Part shown: piece by piece, positions 62,812 to 64,000 of the stretch
Layout: the number at the start of each line of letters is the position of its first letter
How positions within the stretch are numbered: position 1 is the stretch's first letter
Assembly: GCA_903828535.1 (NCBI GenBank)
Contig: CAIKMN010000022.1
Location: 46,854 to 110,853, forward strand
DNA from: an uncultured Curvibacter sp.
GTDB taxonomy: Bacteria; Pseudomonadota; Gammaproteobacteria; Burkholderiales; Burkholderiaceae_C
DNA: 64,000 nt
Direction: 5' to 3'
Position numbers and translations under genes: made by a program
The notes under the pieces: model-generated
The model's input: only the letters and a program-made list of their open reading frames with translations
Database searches by the model: none
Told to the model about the DNA's origin: nothing

Positions 62812-63810
62812 TCACTGCACCGTATTCGAGCCGATGACCCATTCGGCTTTGGGGGCAAAGAGTCCCGCAGCATCGACGGCATCAAATGCATATTGCTGAC
62901 CACAAAACTCGCAAGTGACTTCTATTTTTTCGCGTTCAGCCAAAATGCTGTCGGCCTCTTCTTGTCCCAAGCCTTGGATCATGCGGCCCACGCGTTCGTG
63001 GCTGCAACTGCATTGAAAGTGCGGCTGCTTTTCGCCGGTGGCGGGCTCAAAGCGTTGCAATTTTTCTTCCCAGAACAAACGCCTGAGCACCGTGTCCACG
63101 TCCAAATTGAGCAACTCGTCTGAGGTCAAACTGGACGCCAAAATGGCAATCCGGTTGTAGTCCTCGTTGCGGCCAATTTCGTCTTCATTGGCTTGAGATC
63201 GCAGGCTGCCTGCCAAGTTGCCTTCACCCGCCAAGGGCAGGCGCTGAATCAACAAGCCGGCGGCCACTTGGTCATTGGCGGCCAACACCAAGCAGGTATC
63301 AAGCTGCTCGCTTTGCAGCATGTAGTGTTCGAGGACTTGGCTCAGCTTCTCTAACTTTTCGCCTTGGTCACCAAACAAAGGCACGACGCCTTGGTAAGGT
63401 TGTTGACCAGGGAATTTGTCTTTGGGGTCGAGCGTGATGGCGCAACGGCCTTGGTTCTTGACGTTCACCATTTGGCTCAAGGTGGTTTGCGCTTCGATCG
63501 CTCCGGCAGACTCCACCACCGTCGCCGTGGTGCGAACGGCCAAGTCTGTCTGCACTTCAGTGACCGCCACTTTGACGGGGCCATCGCCAAAAATTTGCAA
63601 AATCAAGGCGCCATTGAACTTGATGTTGGCCTGCATCAAAACCCCAGCCGCCGTCATCTCGCCCAACAGGTTTTGCAAGGGCGCGGGGTAGGCACCCGTT
63701 TCGGTGTTGGCCGCACGCCGAGCCAAAATTTCGGTCCAGGCGTCCGTCAAACGAACGATGGCACCGCGGACCGGCAAACCTTCAAATAAAAATTGATGCA
63801 ACTCTGACAC
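62812..63810 (-). CDS. hslO: Hsp33 family redox-regulated chaperone
   Basis: It has the C-terminal zinc centre CSCSHERV...CEFCGQQY and the N-terminus FLFEGLPVRGAIVRL. Confidence 0.9.
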   Translation of the reverse strand: MSELHQFLFEGLPVRGAIVRLTDAWTEILARRAANTETGAYPAPLQNLLGEMTAAGVLMQANIKFNGALILQIFGDGPVKVAVTEVQTDLAVRTTATVVESAGAIEAQTTLSQMVNVKNQGRCAITLDPKDKFPGQQPYQGVVPLFGDQGEKLEKLSQVLEHYMLQSEQLDTCLVLAANDQVAAGLLIQRLPLAGEGNLAGSLRSQANEDEIGRNEDYNRIAILASSLTSDELLNLDVDTVLRRLFWEEKLQRFEPATGEKQPHFQCSCSHERVGRMIQGLGQEEADSILAEREKIEVTCEFCGQQYAFDAVDAAGLFAPKAEWVIGSNTVQ

Positions 63811-63832
63811 AAACGAATCCTGTTCAATAAAT

Positions 63833-64000
63833 TCAAGCCACCCGCTTCAAGCCCTTTTGGAAGCGTTTGGCATTTTCAATGTAATGCTCAGCGCTCTGGC
63901 GCAAGCCCGCAATTTGCTCGGGCGACAGCGTTTTAACCACTTTGGCGGGGCTGCCCAAAATCATCGAGCCATCGGGAAATTCTTTGCCCTCGGTGACCAA
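63833..64000 (-). CDS. gamma-carbonic anhydrase / hexapeptide-repeat family protein, C-terminal part (gene continues beyond the window)
   Basis: The minus-strand translation ...LVTEGKEFPDGSMILGSPAKVVKTLSPEQIAGLRQSAEHYIENAKRF... is typical of the YrdA/PaaY-like C-terminus. The stop is at 63833-63835. Confidence 0.65.
   Translation of the reverse strand: MVTEGKEFPDGSMILGSPAKVVKTLSPEQIAGLRQSAEHYIENAKRFQKGLKRVA

Overview
This is a dense, almost fully coding 64-kb stretch of a GC-rich betaproteobacterial chromosome. Gene content and order look like core Burkholderiales/Comamonadaceae-type housekeeping DNA (the taxon is inference). The main blocks are ribH-nusB, ybgC-tolQRA, mdh-citE-acnB divergent from GntR-sdhCDAB-sdhE-gltA, etfBA plus acyl-CoA dehydrogenase, parCE, dapA-bamC, dut/coaBC, pyrG-kdsA-eno-ftsB and hslO. 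I see no rRNA, tRNA, CRISPR array, transposase or integrase. The one region that is not ordinary is about 33.1-47.0 kb. It holds two paralogous sets of circularly permuted ATP-grasp + alpha-E genes. One set is split and stand-alone. The other is fused and flanked by a ~1150-aa transglutaminase/DUF2126 protein and a second transglutaminase. The two sets bracket an amidase-signature enzyme and ComEC. These families are widespread but, to my knowledge, have no experimentally defined substrate or product, so this is my best candidate for an undescribed system. Secondary observations are: strong palindromes or phased direct repeats in the few intergenic gaps (etfB, GntR/sdh, fhs, GST); start codons of parE and a divergent methyltransferase that may share one CCATGG; two tiny Ala-rich repeat exported proteins; and a secreted protein translationally coupled inside the mdh-citE-acnB operon. 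All protein calls come from motif recognition in the supplied translations. No database search or folding was possible.
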